Positions 49,700 through 59,829 of a DNA stretch of 64,000 nucleotides are shown here, piece after piece (positions within the stretch are counted from its first letter, which is position 1; every line of letters starts with the position of its first letter). The DNA is taken from contig OZ242195.1 of assembly GCA_965205975.1 (NCBI GenBank), positions 1,152,001-1,216,000 of the forward strand, read 5' to 3'. Made by a program: the position numbers and the translations under genes. Origin of the DNA: Candidatus Latescibacterota bacterium (GTDB taxonomy: Bacteria; Latescibacterota; UBA2968). Below the pieces are notes generated by a model. That model worked only from the letters and a program-made list of their open reading frames with translations, had not been told where the DNA came from and searched no databases.

Positions 49700-50896
49700 A
49701 TGTCCACAGAAACCGCGCCATCTTTTCGTTCTGACTCAAGCGGGACTTTGCGCCCTGTTTTTTATATTACTGCTGCACACATGGCGTTGGATTTTTACAT
49801 GGTCCTCACGCCGCCATTGTGGGCTTTTTTTCAGAGTCATTTCAATCTCACGGTGGCGCAGTTTGCCTATTTGCCCACGGTGATTGTCTTTTGCGGTTCT
49901 ATCACGCAGCCCTTTATGGGCTATTTTAGCGATGGACGTGACCGCATGGCCCTCGTTGCACTGGGGCTTTTTATTACGGGTATTTTTGTCTCTTGCATCG
50001 GTTTTGCGCCCAGCGCTTATATACTCGCTGTTTTTTTAATTTTTGCGTCTTTTGGGTCCTCTCTTTTTCATCCCACCGCCGGGGGATTGGTTACGGCTTT
50101 AACGCCGCATCGAGCTAATCTGGCTATGGCCATCTTTCTCACAGGGGGGACGCTCGGCATGGCACTCGCTTCGATTACCGGAACGCAAATTGTCGAGCGA
50201 TACGGCATCCAATATCTGTGGCTTATTGTCATTCCCGTCTTATTTCTCGCACCATTTATCCTGTGGCAGTCTCGAAAAGTCCCCGTGCATGAACGCCGCG
50301 TAACCGCGGGTAAAATCGATTTCTCCATTTTGAAAAAAACCCGTTCTCTGTGGACGCTTTTTGCTATTAGTGTTTTGCGCTCTATCGTTCACACGGGGTT
50401 TGTCAGTTTTACAGCTATTTTGGGGGCGTCTCGCGGTTGGGCTACCAGTGATATCGGCTGGGTTTTTTCCTGTTATTTGCTTGCCAGCACGCTGGGGCGC
50501 ATAACGGGTGGCTATCTGGCAGATCGCATGTCTCAGCGCAAACTTCTGGCTTTTTCGTGCGCTTCATCCGCAATTTTTCACGCTGGTTTTTGCCTGACAG
50601 ACGGATACGTGTCGCTTATTTCATTTTTTGTGGCGGGATATTTATTCGATCTCGGTATTACGACGAATATCTCTTTGGCGCAACGCGCCTTGCCGCACAA
50701 TACCAGTACGGCGACTGGGTTGGTGATGGGTTTTTCATGGGGCATGGCGGGCCTTGCCATGATTGGCGTGGGGAGTCTTGCGGAGTGGACTTCTACTGCT
50801 ACTGCGCTTACGGTTGTCTCTATGGTACTCATCCCGGCAACACTTATGGTTGCACTGCTGCCTTCTGAGTATGGTGAGGTTAGAAGAAAAAAGTAA
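49700..50896 (+). CDS. MFS transporter (Fsr-like)
   Basis: About 12 hydrophobic segments, QPFMGYFSD, FHP, GGYLADR. Confidence 0.88.
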   Translation: MSTETAPSFRSDSSGTLRPVFYITAAHMALDFYMVLTPPLWAFFQSHFNLTVAQFAYLPTVIVFCGSITQPFMGYFSDGRDRMALVALGLFITGIFVSCIGFAPSAYILAVFLIFASFGSSLFHPTAGGLVTALTPHRANLAMAIFLTGGTLGMALASITGTQIVERYGIQYLWLIVIPVLFLAPFILWQSRKVPVHERRVTAGKIDFSILKKTRSLWTLFAISVLRSIVHTGFVSFTAILGASRGWATSDIGWVFSCYLLASTLGRITGGYLADRMSQRKLLAFSCASSAIFHAGFCLTDGYVSLISFFVAGYLFDLGITTNISLAQRALPHNTSTATGLVMGFSWGMAGLAMIGVGSLAEWTSTATALTVVSMVLIPATLMVALLPSEYGEVRRKK

Positions 50897-50911
50897 AAGG
50901 CGAGGTGAATC

Positions 50912-50937
50912 CGCAGATGGCGCAGATGAACGCAGAT
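50912..50937. repeat. Short tandem repeat CGCAGAT x3
   Basis: CGCAGATGG CGCAGATGAA CGCAGAT. Confidence 0.7.
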
Positions 50938-50954
50938 TAAAAACGAGAGGTGGG

Positions 50955-53900
50955 ATGGCTCACACAAAAACACAGAGATACAAGGATAGGTGGGGGCAGA
51001 AGTGGTGTTACGCGCTTGCTCTGGTTATAAGTAGTTGCTTTTCACAGATAGCGCACGCGCAACCCGCGTATTCTCCCGGACAAATTCTCGTCAAGTTTCG
51101 CAGCGCAAAGCCTGCACTTACACAATTCCACGATCTATCAGAGCGTCATGGCGTGACGGCGGTTGAACCGCTTTTTACGCCGCGAAGTGCCAAGGCTGTT
51201 TATCCCCATCCTTTAGCTCAGGTGTACCGTGTGCGCTTGTCGGGCGATCCAGTCGAAGCCGCAGCCGATTACGCATTGCGTCCCGATGTTGTGTACGCGC
51301 AGCCAAATTATTTGTTTACGCACCAACAAGTGCCCAATGACCCGCGCTACAGAGATCAATATAGCCTTCAGGTCCTAGATTGGGAGCTATTGCAACAAAA
51401 TCTCGGTCCCATTCAAAAACAGATCATTGTCGCGATCATTGATTCTGGTGTCGATTATAACCATGAAGACTTGCGTGACAATATCTGGCACAATACCGCA
51501 GAAGTAGGCGGTGCGTCTGGCGTTGATGACGATGGGAATGGGTATATTGACGATATAAGAGGCTGGGATTTCACCCATGCGCCCGATCTGCCGGGGATGG
51601 GGGATTATCTCATGCGGGATAATGATCCGCAGGATGAATCGGCGCACGGTACGAGGGTTGCTGGCATTGTTGCAGCCGTTGCGAATAACAATCGAGGTAT
51701 TGCTGGCATTGCGCCCAATGCACAGCTTATGGCACTGAGGGCGGGTTTGAGGCGGCTTGGTGGCATTGGCTTTTTGGAAGAAGATGATATCGCTGCGGCT
51801 ATTCTCTATGCCGTAGAAAATGGCGCGCATGTTATTAATATGAGTTTGGGGGGGCCTGAGCGCACTTTTATCCTGGGCGATGTAATCCAGTACGCGCATG
51901 CTCAGGGCGTTGTGCTCGTGGCCTCTGCGGGCAACTCGGGAGATGAGTTGGGATATCCCGCGGGCAATCACTATACGATTGCCGTAGGTGCGGTGAACTC
52001 CGCCGACCGCCTGGCGAGTTTTAGCAGCACGGGCGCGTCGCTCGATCTGGTTGCGCCGGGGGTCAGTATTCTCAGCACACGTCTCAATAATCGCTATGCC
52101 TCAGGCTCTGGCACTTCTTTTTCCGCGCCTCACATATCCGGTTTGGCCGCGCTGATTCTCTCGCGTAGGCCCGATCTTTCGCCTCACTCTGTGCGCAATT
52201 TGCTCCTGGCATCTGCAATTGACCTAGGGCCGTTGGGGCACGACAATGATTACGGCGCAGGGCGCGTGAGTGGCGCGCAACTCGCAGACCGCCTGAGTAT
52301 TTTCGATTCGCTGACGGTTGCGATTCAATCTCCCGCCAATGACGAGGGGGAAGATACCTCGTTTGACATTCGCGCTTCTGTTTCGGGCGCGCAGGTCACG
52401 GGTTATCGCCTGTCTTATGGCATGGGACACAATCCACAAACATGGACACTTCTTTCAGAAGGGGCGGCTTCTCAAGAGATTCACCATACGTGGGATGTTT
52501 CTGCTTTTGCAAATTCTGATGTGGTTCTGCGACTTGAGGCGGATTTGTCGGATGGCGTGGTCGTGGAAGACCGCGTTCGCGTTGGCATTGAAAAAGTAGC
52601 ACCCTCTATCACTGCACTTGCATGTGGCGATGTATTAGAGGACGACCGCCGTGTTTTTGAATGTCGCTGGCGAACTGATCAGCGCGCACACGGGGGTATT
52701 GCCTATCGCTATGGCGCGGATTTTGATACTCTGTACACTGGTCTGGTGCAAAACAAACACCGCGTTGTTTTACCCCATACATTGCCTGCAGGTGTTGTGA
52801 CATTCCGCGTTTTAGCCGATGGAGAAAACAATATCCGCGCGGTGCATCCGGCGCAGACAATTGATTATGTTCCTTTTCGCGTCCCGCAAAATGGCTTTGT
52901 GGAAAGGGGCACATTGCCCGATGGTTTTTTGCCTGATCGCGCGTCGGATTTTGACCGCGATGGCAGGCTGGAAATCGCGCTTATGCCATATCTTACGGGC
53001 GACTCTTATGGACCGGTGCATATTTACGAACGCCAAATGGATGGCACATTTACCGATGAATTTCAAAGCAATGAGCGTTTTTTGCCCTGGGCAATTGGTG
53101 ATATTACAAATGATGGGACTGATGATTTATTGGGTGTGACTTATGAGCGTCTTGTGCTTTTTACAGATAGCTTCTCCGATCCCTATCCCACTCAGGTAGA
53201 ATTTGAACAGAGCGGCACATGGGGGGGCGATTTTGCCGATGTGGATGGCGATAGCATTCCCGATATTATTGCTCGCGCAGGTGATCAGCGCGGTATCCGC
53301 GTGATTCGCAATCTCGGCAGTGTGATTCGCGAGGAGGTGTTTCTCGTTGATCCTTCGGAAGGTGGTGGAGACCCCGGTCCGCGCTTTGTGGTTGCGGATT
53401 TCGATCGGGACGAGCAACGGGAAATTCTCGCTGGCGATGCAGATGGCGATCTCTGGATGTACGAATATCGCGCGGGAAAATACGTGCAGACATGGTACTT
53501 GCCGGGCGATGGGGATGCGCGCTGGATCGGCGGAGGTGTGGATTTGGACGGCGATGGGGTGGTCGAATTTGCCGTTGCACGCGCCTATACAGATGCGTAT
53601 GATCCTTCCAATGGATTCTGGGAACTGGAGATTTACAGTATGCGTGCGCCCGATACTTATGCGCGCGAATGGACGACGCGGATCAACGGCGTGGCGACTA
53701 CGGGCAATGGGATTTCAGCAGGGGATGTCGATGGGGATGGTCTGGCTGATTTGATAGTATGCCTGCGCCCCGATCTCTACGCTTTTCGCGCCGAGAAACC
53801 CGATCACTATCGTCCGATCTGGCATACGCCAGTGGGTTTGATGCGCCGCGCACTTATTGCCGATCTGGACAAAGATTTTCGCAATGAAGTGCTTTTTAAT

Positions 53901-54656
53901 TTTGATGGCGCAGTGCATATTGTTGAACGCGATGAACCGCCAGTTACAGTCGGGTCGCCGCAGATTATACGCGCGCGGGCTCTGGGACCAACCCGCGTTG
54001 AAATCGACTGGATGCAGGTGCCCGATGCTTCTTCTTACCAGATTTATCGCGCTGTTGGCAATGGCACGCTCGATTATTTTGATGAGATCAGCGACCGCAC
54101 GGTGTACATCGATTCCTTGCTGACGGAAGGCCAGACTTACCGCTACCAGATTATCGCTGTGGCCGATTGGGACCTGCGTTCGGGTATTGTATCTCTCACG
54201 CCAAATCGTGCGCCAGAAGTCGTGCGTGTTGAAACTCTGTCGGACAGTCAGATTCAAATTTTCTTTTCGGAAGAAATGGGAGCAGATGTAGCCAGACCGT
54301 CGAGTTATCTGCTCAGCGGTATTGGACAGCCCACATCTGTTATACTTGACCAGCAAAATACCCGCGCGGTTCTGTCCTTTGCCGTGCCGTTTCCCGCTCG
54401 ATATACACTGACTATTCTCAATACATCCGATGCGAGCGGTACACCTCTTGGGTTGGTAAGGATTGCAGATACTGTTGATCCAGACCTTCTCGCGCGAGCC
54501 GATGCCGATGGTAGTGGCGTTATTGATTTTGCAGACTTTCTATTTTTTGTCCGCGCATTTCAAACTTCCGATTCCACTTATGATTTTGATGGCGATGGTA
54601 TCGTCAATTTTTCCGACTTTCTCATCTTTGTCAATCTTTTTGGTCGAGTAGTATGA
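50955..54656 (+). CDS. Secreted S8 subtilase with FG-GAP-like repeats, FN3/Ig-like domains and C-terminal dockerin-like EF-hands
   Basis: IIDSG, HGTRVAG, GTSFSAP; repeated DxDxDG; DADGSGVIDFADF and DFDGDGIVNFSDF; start uncertain. Confidence 0.88.
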   Translation: MAHTKTQRYKDRWGQKWCYALALVISSCFSQIAHAQPAYSPGQILVKFRSAKPALTQFHDLSERHGVTAVEPLFTPRSAKAVYPHPLAQVYRVRLSGDPVEAAADYALRPDVVYAQPNYLFTHQQVPNDPRYRDQYSLQVLDWELLQQNLGPIQKQIIVAIIDSGVDYNHEDLRDNIWHNTAEVGGASGVDDDGNGYIDDIRGWDFTHAPDLPGMGDYLMRDNDPQDESAHGTRVAGIVAAVANNNRGIAGIAPNAQLMALRAGLRRLGGIGFLEEDDIAAAILYAVENGAHVINMSLGGPERTFILGDVIQYAHAQGVVLVASAGNSGDELGYPAGNHYTIAVGAVNSADRLASFSSTGASLDLVAPGVSILSTRLNNRYASGSGTSFSAPHISGLAALILSRRPDLSPHSVRNLLLASAIDLGPLGHDNDYGAGRVSGAQLADRLSIFDSLTVAIQSPANDEGEDTSFDIRASVSGAQVTGYRLSYGMGHNPQTWTLLSEGAASQEIHHTWDVSAFANSDVVLRLEADLSDGVVVEDRVRVGIEKVAPSITALACGDVLEDDRRVFECRWRTDQRAHGGIAYRYGADFDTLYTGLVQNKHRVVLPHTLPAGVVTFRVLADGENNIRAVHPAQTIDYVPFRVPQNGFVERGTLPDGFLPDRASDFDRDGRLEIALMPYLTGDSYGPVHIYERQMDGTFTDEFQSNERFLPWAIGDITNDGTDDLLGVTYERLVLFTDSFSDPYPTQVEFEQSGTWGGDFADVDGDSIPDIIARAGDQRGIRVIRNLGSVIREEVFLVDPSEGGGDPGPRFVVADFDRDEQREILAGDADGDLWMYEYRAGKYVQTWYLPGDGDARWIGGGVDLDGDGVVEFAVARAYTDAYDPSNGFWELEIYSMRAPDTYAREWTTRINGVATTGNGISAGDVDGDGLADLIVCLRPDLYAFRAEKPDHYRPIWHTPVGLMRRALIADLDKDFRNEVLFNFDGAVHIVERDEPPVTVGSPQIIRARALGPTRVEIDWMQVPDASSYQIYRAVGNGTLDYFDEISDRTVYIDSLLTEGQTYRYQIIAVADWDLRSGIVSLTPNRAPEVVRVETLSDSQIQIFFSEEMGADVARPSSYLLSGIGQPTSVILDQQNTRAVLSFAVPFPARYTLTILNTSDASGTPLGLVRIADTVDPDLLARADADGSGVIDFADFLFFVRAFQTSDSTYDFDGDGIVNFSDFLIFVNLFGRVV

Positions 54657-54681
54657 GAGTTGGAGACTGATAGGTAAGGGT

Positions 54682-55332
54682 GTGGTCGTGAATATTGGTA
54701 TTCCCAAGCGCGCGTTTTTTCAGGTGGCTTTTCCCTGTATATTTCGCTCAGACACTCCGGCTATTGATGGCCTGCTCAATGACTGGGAGGCAACTTATTT
54801 GGTACCGGATTTGACCGGGGTTGAGGGAAAATATCCCTTTGCTGATGTGTATATGGCCTGGCACGATACCGGATTGTTTTTTGCAGTTGATGTAAAGGGT
54901 GCCGGGGGACGTGCGCCCGATGTTAGCCGTCCATTGCGCGGTGATAGCTTTCAGGTATGGATTGATACGCGCGATGTGCGTAATGCGCCTCGGGGAAGCC
55001 GGTATTGTCATCATTTTTGTTTTTGGCCGGGAAAGGGGAGGGGGCGAGCTGGGGGAAGGCAATTCCGTCTGCGACGGGCGAGAGCACATCCGAGATTGTG
55101 CGATCCCGAGCGTTTAGAGGTGGCTTCAAAGGTGCACAAAGAGGGGTATCGCCTGGAAGCCTATATTCCCGCTGCTGCAATGACCGGATTTGATCCCGAT
55201 GAGAATAATCGGATCGGTTTTACTTATTTGTTGCGCGATAAGAATTTAGGGCGGCAAGTTTGGACAGCAGAGGAGATTTTGCCCGTGTCTTATGATCCGA
55301 GTTTGTGGGGTACAGCGGAATTGGTGGGGTAA
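54682..55332 (+). CDS. CBM9/DOMON-like sugar-binding family protein
   Basis: IDGLLNDW, YMAWHDTGLFFAVDV, DSFQVWIDTRD, LEAYIP. Confidence 0.7.
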   Translation: MVVNIGIPKRAFFQVAFPCIFRSDTPAIDGLLNDWEATYLVPDLTGVEGKYPFADVYMAWHDTGLFFAVDVKGAGGRAPDVSRPLRGDSFQVWIDTRDVRNAPRGSRYCHHFCFWPGKGRGRAGGRQFRLRRARAHPRLCDPERLEVASKVHKEGYRLEAYIPAAAMTGFDPDENNRIGFTYLLRDKNLGRQVWTAEEILPVSYDPSLWGTAELVG

Positions 55333-55438
55333 GTGTCAAAAGCCGAGAAGCGGGTTTGTATTTCGTCAAATAGTTTTGTATATTGGACACATTGAACGTT
55401 AGTCTCAATCGGATATAGTTTATATTCGAGGTTCGTAT

Positions 55439-56446
55439 ATGGCACAGGATAGCGAACTTTCTCAAGACCTCACCGCTCGCGTGGAGCGTTTGGAGTCGCT
55501 GTTGGCAATTAGTCGGTTGATGAATGCGACGGCAAACCAGGGGCGGTTGATCAGTGGTATTGCGCATGAAATCTCTACGTATTTGGAGGCGGATCAGTGT
55601 TCGATTTTTTTTCACAACCGCCTGACGGATGAGCTTTATACGCATGTTGGGGCAGGGGTCGAAAAAGACACGCAGGTACGAATTCCGAGCAATAGGGGTA
55701 TCGCAGGGCATGTGTTTAAGAGCGGCGATGTACGAAATGTTTTAGATACCTCCAAAGACCCTTTATTTCACAATGTGCTTGGGTATGAAACGCATACTAT
55801 GCTGGCCTTTCCGCTGCACAACAGACGCGGAGAGGTGATAGGTGTGCTGGAACTCCTGAATAAGAAAGGCGATCCGGGGTATTTTACAAAAGATGATGAG
55901 GATTTTTTGCACGAGGTGGCCGCGCAAATCGGTGGGTTGGTCGATATGATGCTGCGGCGAGAGGAGATGGCCCACCGCAACGAGTTGCTCGAAGCGCAGA
56001 TGGAGCGCTTGTCGGGATTTGAGCATCTGGTGGAGGACCGCACGGTTATCAATACTGTGTTTAGATACAACCGCAAGATACACTATTGGGCCGGGTTGGT
56101 CGGCATGATTTTGTTGGCAGTAATGTCTATTACCTCTCTGGTGATGGTGCGATCTGCTGATTTCCGAAAAATCATGCTGGAGTTGCATTCGGGGGTTATT
56201 TTTGCTGGTGCTAGCAATGCGTATATTTATACCGATATCGTTGCCTATGTTACTTTGACGATTTGTCTTTCTGGTTTTCTGATGTATGCCTATCCACCAT
56301 TGAATCGCTGGATGAGGGCTAAAAAGGATCGGCTTTCGCGGTTTATGATTCAGGCGGGGGTGCGTCAGCACAATCAAAATCGCCGGGTTCAGGAGGGATT
56401 GAGAAAAGTGTTGAGGGGCGGAGATAAGCCCTCTGGAAAAACTTGA
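55439..56446 (+). CDS. GAF domain fused to PepSY-associated-like TM segment
   Basis: GIAGHV..VIGVLELLNKK..FTKDDE (NKFDE-type GAF); RKIHYWAG and LELHSG around two TM helices. Confidence 0.75.
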   Translation: MAQDSELSQDLTARVERLESLLAISRLMNATANQGRLISGIAHEISTYLEADQCSIFFHNRLTDELYTHVGAGVEKDTQVRIPSNRGIAGHVFKSGDVRNVLDTSKDPLFHNVLGYETHTMLAFPLHNRRGEVIGVLELLNKKGDPGYFTKDDEDFLHEVAAQIGGLVDMMLRREEMAHRNELLEAQMERLSGFEHLVEDRTVINTVFRYNRKIHYWAGLVGMILLAVMSITSLVMVRSADFRKIMLELHSGVIFAGASNAYIYTDIVAYVTLTICLSGFLMYAYPPLNRWMRAKKDRLSRFMIQAGVRQHNQNRRVQEGLRKVLRGGDKPSGKT

Positions 56447-56514
56447 TTTTGTGTTGAGAAAAGTTTATTATCATGGTCCGCGATATGAAACGAAAAAGGA
56501 AACAGGAGGAATCA

Positions 56515-56958
56515 ATGCGCTATTTGAGGTTTATGGCTTTGGGTTCGGTAATTTTAGGGGTTGTGATGGCTGGTATCGCTGGCTGTGGTGGGGGGCAAGA
56601 ACAGTCGGACAATAATCTGCCAGTAAGACGTGCAAAGATGCGTGAAATTAAGTTGAGTACAGACCGGATTATGGTCGCGCTGAAAAACGAGACAGTTGAT
56701 GGGGTTGCCGACGATGCCGAAAAGATTCAGGATGCATTGCAAGCGGTGATCGATCTCTATCCGCCAGAACACGAAGAAAAGTACACGATTTACAATAAGG
56801 ATTCTCAAACACATGCTTTGGGGATTGCGTCGGCTGCCAAGGCGGGAAATGTCAAAGAGGCGAATAAGCAGTTCCGCGCTATGGTACCTTATTGCGGCAA
56901 ATGTCACGAAGATTGCGCGTTTATGCTGGCTCCCGCATTTCCCGAGTATGAAGAATAA
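56515..56958 (+). CDS. Lipoprotein, monoheme four-helix cytochrome c'-like
   Basis: GGAGGA RBS, lipobox IAGC, C-terminal CGKCH. Confidence 0.8.
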   Translation: MRYLRFMALGSVILGVVMAGIAGCGGGQEQSDNNLPVRRAKMREIKLSTDRIMVALKNETVDGVADDAEKIQDALQAVIDLYPPEHEEKYTIYNKDSQTHALGIASAAKAGNVKEANKQFRAMVPYCGKCHEDCAFMLAPAFPEYEE

Positions 56959-57045
56959 CGCCACTGCCAAATTTAGCACATTAGAAGCACCGCTATTGAA
57001 CAGGCAATTACGCGGTTCAATGCGGTGCTTTTTTTGAGGTTTCAA

Positions 57046-57750
57046 ATGTCGAAGTCAATCTACTTTATCAAAGATCCAAATATGCCTCATGATTTCATGT
57101 TTGGAGTCGAGCCATCGTCCTTGCGTGAAAACTGGGCAGATTATGCATGTCTGAAACGCCGCATAGGACTCAAAGCTGATCTTGATTGGGGTGAAAATCA
57201 ACTTAAGCAAGTTCTTCGTCAAGGTAACATCTGGCAAGATTTTCCCGCAAAGGGCTATACGCTGGTAGGAGCTGAATTCAAACCGGGTGACGAAGATCAA
57301 CGAGTTGACATCCTCTATATTCGCAATGATGGTGGGTTATTACCATGTGAACTTAAAATCGGTGGTAAATCGCTCGACACACATGGTCAGTTAATCCGAT
57401 ATATAGCTGATTTGTATTTTCAAGATGTCAATCTTGCTTGGGTTAAAGATTACCACAAAAATTTTTTGGGCACGATCTCAAATTCGGCTACCAAGCATAT
57501 TCAAGACGACACATTTGAGAAGTTTATCACTGACAATCGCATCAAAGATCGATGGGTTCGCATTTTGCCGAGATCCGGGGTCATCATGGATGAGTATTTC
57601 AAACCTCAACTTTTGAAGGCGGTTCGATACCTGAACGAATATTGTGGCTTCTCAATTCGGTTAATCCAAATTGAGACGTTTATTGCGGATGATTGGTACA
57701 AGGAAATGCAAGAATGCAGATTTCGCATAGATTTCACGGATGTCCAGTAA
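57046..57750 (+). CDS. PD-(D/E)XK nuclease, NucS/EndoMS C-terminal-like
   Basis: GAEF..RVDIL..CELK..GQLIRY. Confidence 0.7.
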   Translation: MSKSIYFIKDPNMPHDFMFGVEPSSLRENWADYACLKRRIGLKADLDWGENQLKQVLRQGNIWQDFPAKGYTLVGAEFKPGDEDQRVDILYIRNDGGLLPCELKIGGKSLDTHGQLIRYIADLYFQDVNLAWVKDYHKNFLGTISNSATKHIQDDTFEKFITDNRIKDRWVRILPRSGVIMDEYFKPQLLKAVRYLNEYCGFSIRLIQIETFIADDWYKEMQECRFRIDFTDVQ

Positions 57751-57797
57751 ATCTGTTAATTCCAAAGCCCAGTATAACAAACGGTAGGAAAAATAAA

Positions 57798-58353
57798 ATG
57801 AACAGAGATCGAAAAACCAGTAATGCTTCTGTTGGGAAAATTGATAAAGTTGAGCCAGCACGGGAATTTCATAACTCAACAGGAGGCAAGTGGATACCTA
57901 TTCTAAAAGCATTTAATCCTCTTGGTGCCATAGCCGAGTCATACGCCAAAACTCTGGCGTATAAAATTGAAACAAAGCGCCTTGAGGTTGAGCTGACCAG
58001 AATAGAGGAACAAGCGGATATTGCACACCATGTGATTGATAACTCGTTTAAGCTGAAAATGGAGGAACTTACTCATAGAAGAATCGCGCTTGTTGGATTC
58101 TATGAAACAGTAAATGCAGAATTGCAAAGGCTTCACATAGAAAGGGTGAAGGTTTTGGAGATGGCACAATTGGCTCAACAGCAATCCTTTGAAAAAGGTT
58201 TATCAATTGAAGAGCGTCAAATGTTCAAAGAAATGGCAATTGAAATGACAAGAGAGTTGCCGCGTTTTGGGGATCAAGCCAACGCATCACTCCAAATAAC
58301 TTATTGACGCCCTTCCCCCTGTTGAAATTTCTCCCAAGCTGTTGGAGGGTTAG
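57798..58353 (+). CDS. Coiled-coil hypothetical protein; probable 1-nt frameshift near 58294-58299
   Basis: ORF stops at 58307; removing one base extends QKLIDALPPVEISPKLLEG-stop to abut next ATG. Confidence 0.55.
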
Positions 58354-58357
58354 GATT

Positions 58358-59003
58358 ATGGGGTTGTTGATTCCTGTTGCAGTAGTAGGTGGAATTGTAG
58401 CACTTATCTATAAGGCTGTCTCGGAGAAAGAACGCGAGGCCAGTCAACGTTGGGAGGAAATGCGATGGGATGTTGAACGTAGCGTTGAGGAGCATCGAAG
58501 AAATATCGAAGCCCATCTTGCTCAAGCACAATATAGTTATAATTTCCAGATTTTAGTCGATGAACATTATGCCTCTATGAAAACAGCGGATGCTGCATAC
58601 AAACTCTTGGATGATGCCCGTAGCACTGAAAATGGTCTGAACAAAATGTTAAAAGAAGCAAAAGACCAGAGAACATTGCTTCGAGAAAGACTAAGAGAAT
58701 CAAAAAAAATAAAGGACAAAGGGTTTATATTTTTAAAAAAAACGAGAAAAAAAGAGCAATGCACTAATACGTGACATAGAATTACAGCTAAAAGAGATTC
58801 GTGAATTACGGGAAAGCATTTTTGAAGATAGGGATAAAGTGAAGGAGCAAAAGGCGTCATTCTTACTGGAGGTCCAAAGCTTAAACAATCGAACAAGAGA
58901 ATTGAAGGAGTTGATTCGGGATGAGTGTGGAACCAGAGGTTTAGACTGGTTCAATAGATTGGAAGAAAGAACGAGAAGACGGCGTTTATCGGAGGGAAGA
59001 TAG
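58358..59003 (+). CDS. N-terminally anchored coiled-coil hypothetical protein; frameshift in A runs 58735-58753
   Basis: GGAGG RBS, TM LLIPVAVVGGIVALIY; second frame continues NALIRDIE..SEGR-stop. Confidence 0.6.
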
Positions 59004-59052
59004 TAAAATAAAGTTATCTGAGAATTTTGTAAAATAAGAGAAAGGAAATAGT

Positions 59053-59277
59053 ATGGCGGAGCACATAGTGGAAATCTATGAAAAATATGTCAAACCTTTG
59101 CCCACAGCAGAACGGCTACGCCTGTTAGAAATGACGGTTCATGGTTTGACACTCACCGCTCCACAGGAGCCTCAAAAACGGAGCATTTTGGAGTTGCGCG
59201 GATTAGGCAAAGAAATTTGGCAAGGCGTAGATGCTCAAAAGTATGTGGATGACCTTCGCGGAGAATGGGATCATTGA
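59053..59277 (+). CDS. Putative antitoxin (VapB-like)
   Basis: 74 aa, ELRGLGKEIW..YVDDLRGEW; overlaps PIN gene. Confidence 0.8.
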   Translation: MAEHIVEIYEKYVKPLPTAERLRLLEMTVHGLTLTAPQEPQKRSILELRGLGKEIWQGVDAQKYVDDLRGEWDH

Positions 59278-59756
59278 CCAGGATCACACTGGATGACGCA
59301 TTGGCAGGTGTAACAACGTTGGGATGCGATACGTCGCCCGTCATCTATTTAATCGAAACACATCCCGATTACGATGTATTAGTTACCGAGATTTTTCGAA
59401 GGATTGACCGTGGGATCATAACGGGATTTACTTCAGCCATTACCCTGACGGAAGTCTTAACTCAACCTTTGAAACAAGGACAGATTCACTTTCAAAAAGA
59501 ATATTGCGATTTGTTGCTTCACAGTGCCAACTTTTATACGCTGCCTATCAACGCAGAGATAGCCGAACAAGCTGCTGGTCTTCGGGCGCAATATGGATTA
59601 CGCACGCCTGATGCACTGCAAGTTGCTGCTGCTAAAACGGCGAACTGTCAGGCCTTTTTAACCAATGATAAAGCTCTCAAACGCATAAAGGATGTGAGGG
59701 TGATTATTCTCGATGAATTAGAGTTTAAACCAGAAGATGAAACACATACAGAGTAG
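59265..59756 (+). CDS. vapC: PIN-domain toxin (VapC-like)
   Basis: DTSPVIY, SAITLTE, LRTPDAL, FLTND. Confidence 0.88.
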   Translation: MGSLTRITLDDALAGVTTLGCDTSPVIYLIETHPDYDVLVTEIFRRIDRGIITGFTSAITLTEVLTQPLKQGQIHFQKEYCDLLLHSANFYTLPINAEIAEQAAGLRAQYGLRTPDALQVAAAKTANCQAFLTNDKALKRIKDVRVIILDELEFKPEDETHTE

Positions 59757-59781
59757 GCCAAAACAATCCGCTTCGGGTTCT

Positions 59782-59818
59782 AAAAAAAGCGTCGGCTAAT
59801 TAAGCTGACGCTTTTTTT
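59782..59818. terminator. Bidirectional rho-independent terminator
   Basis: A7-GCGTCGGCT-AATTA-AGCTGACGC-T7-type hairpin between convergent genes. Confidence 0.85.
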
Positions 59819-59829
59819 ATAGGGCTATC

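Noticed and set aside
50763..50954. N-terminal extension of the subtilase ORF
   Set aside because: Overlaps the MFS gene and a repeat tract; the signal-peptide-like segment lies downstream of 50955
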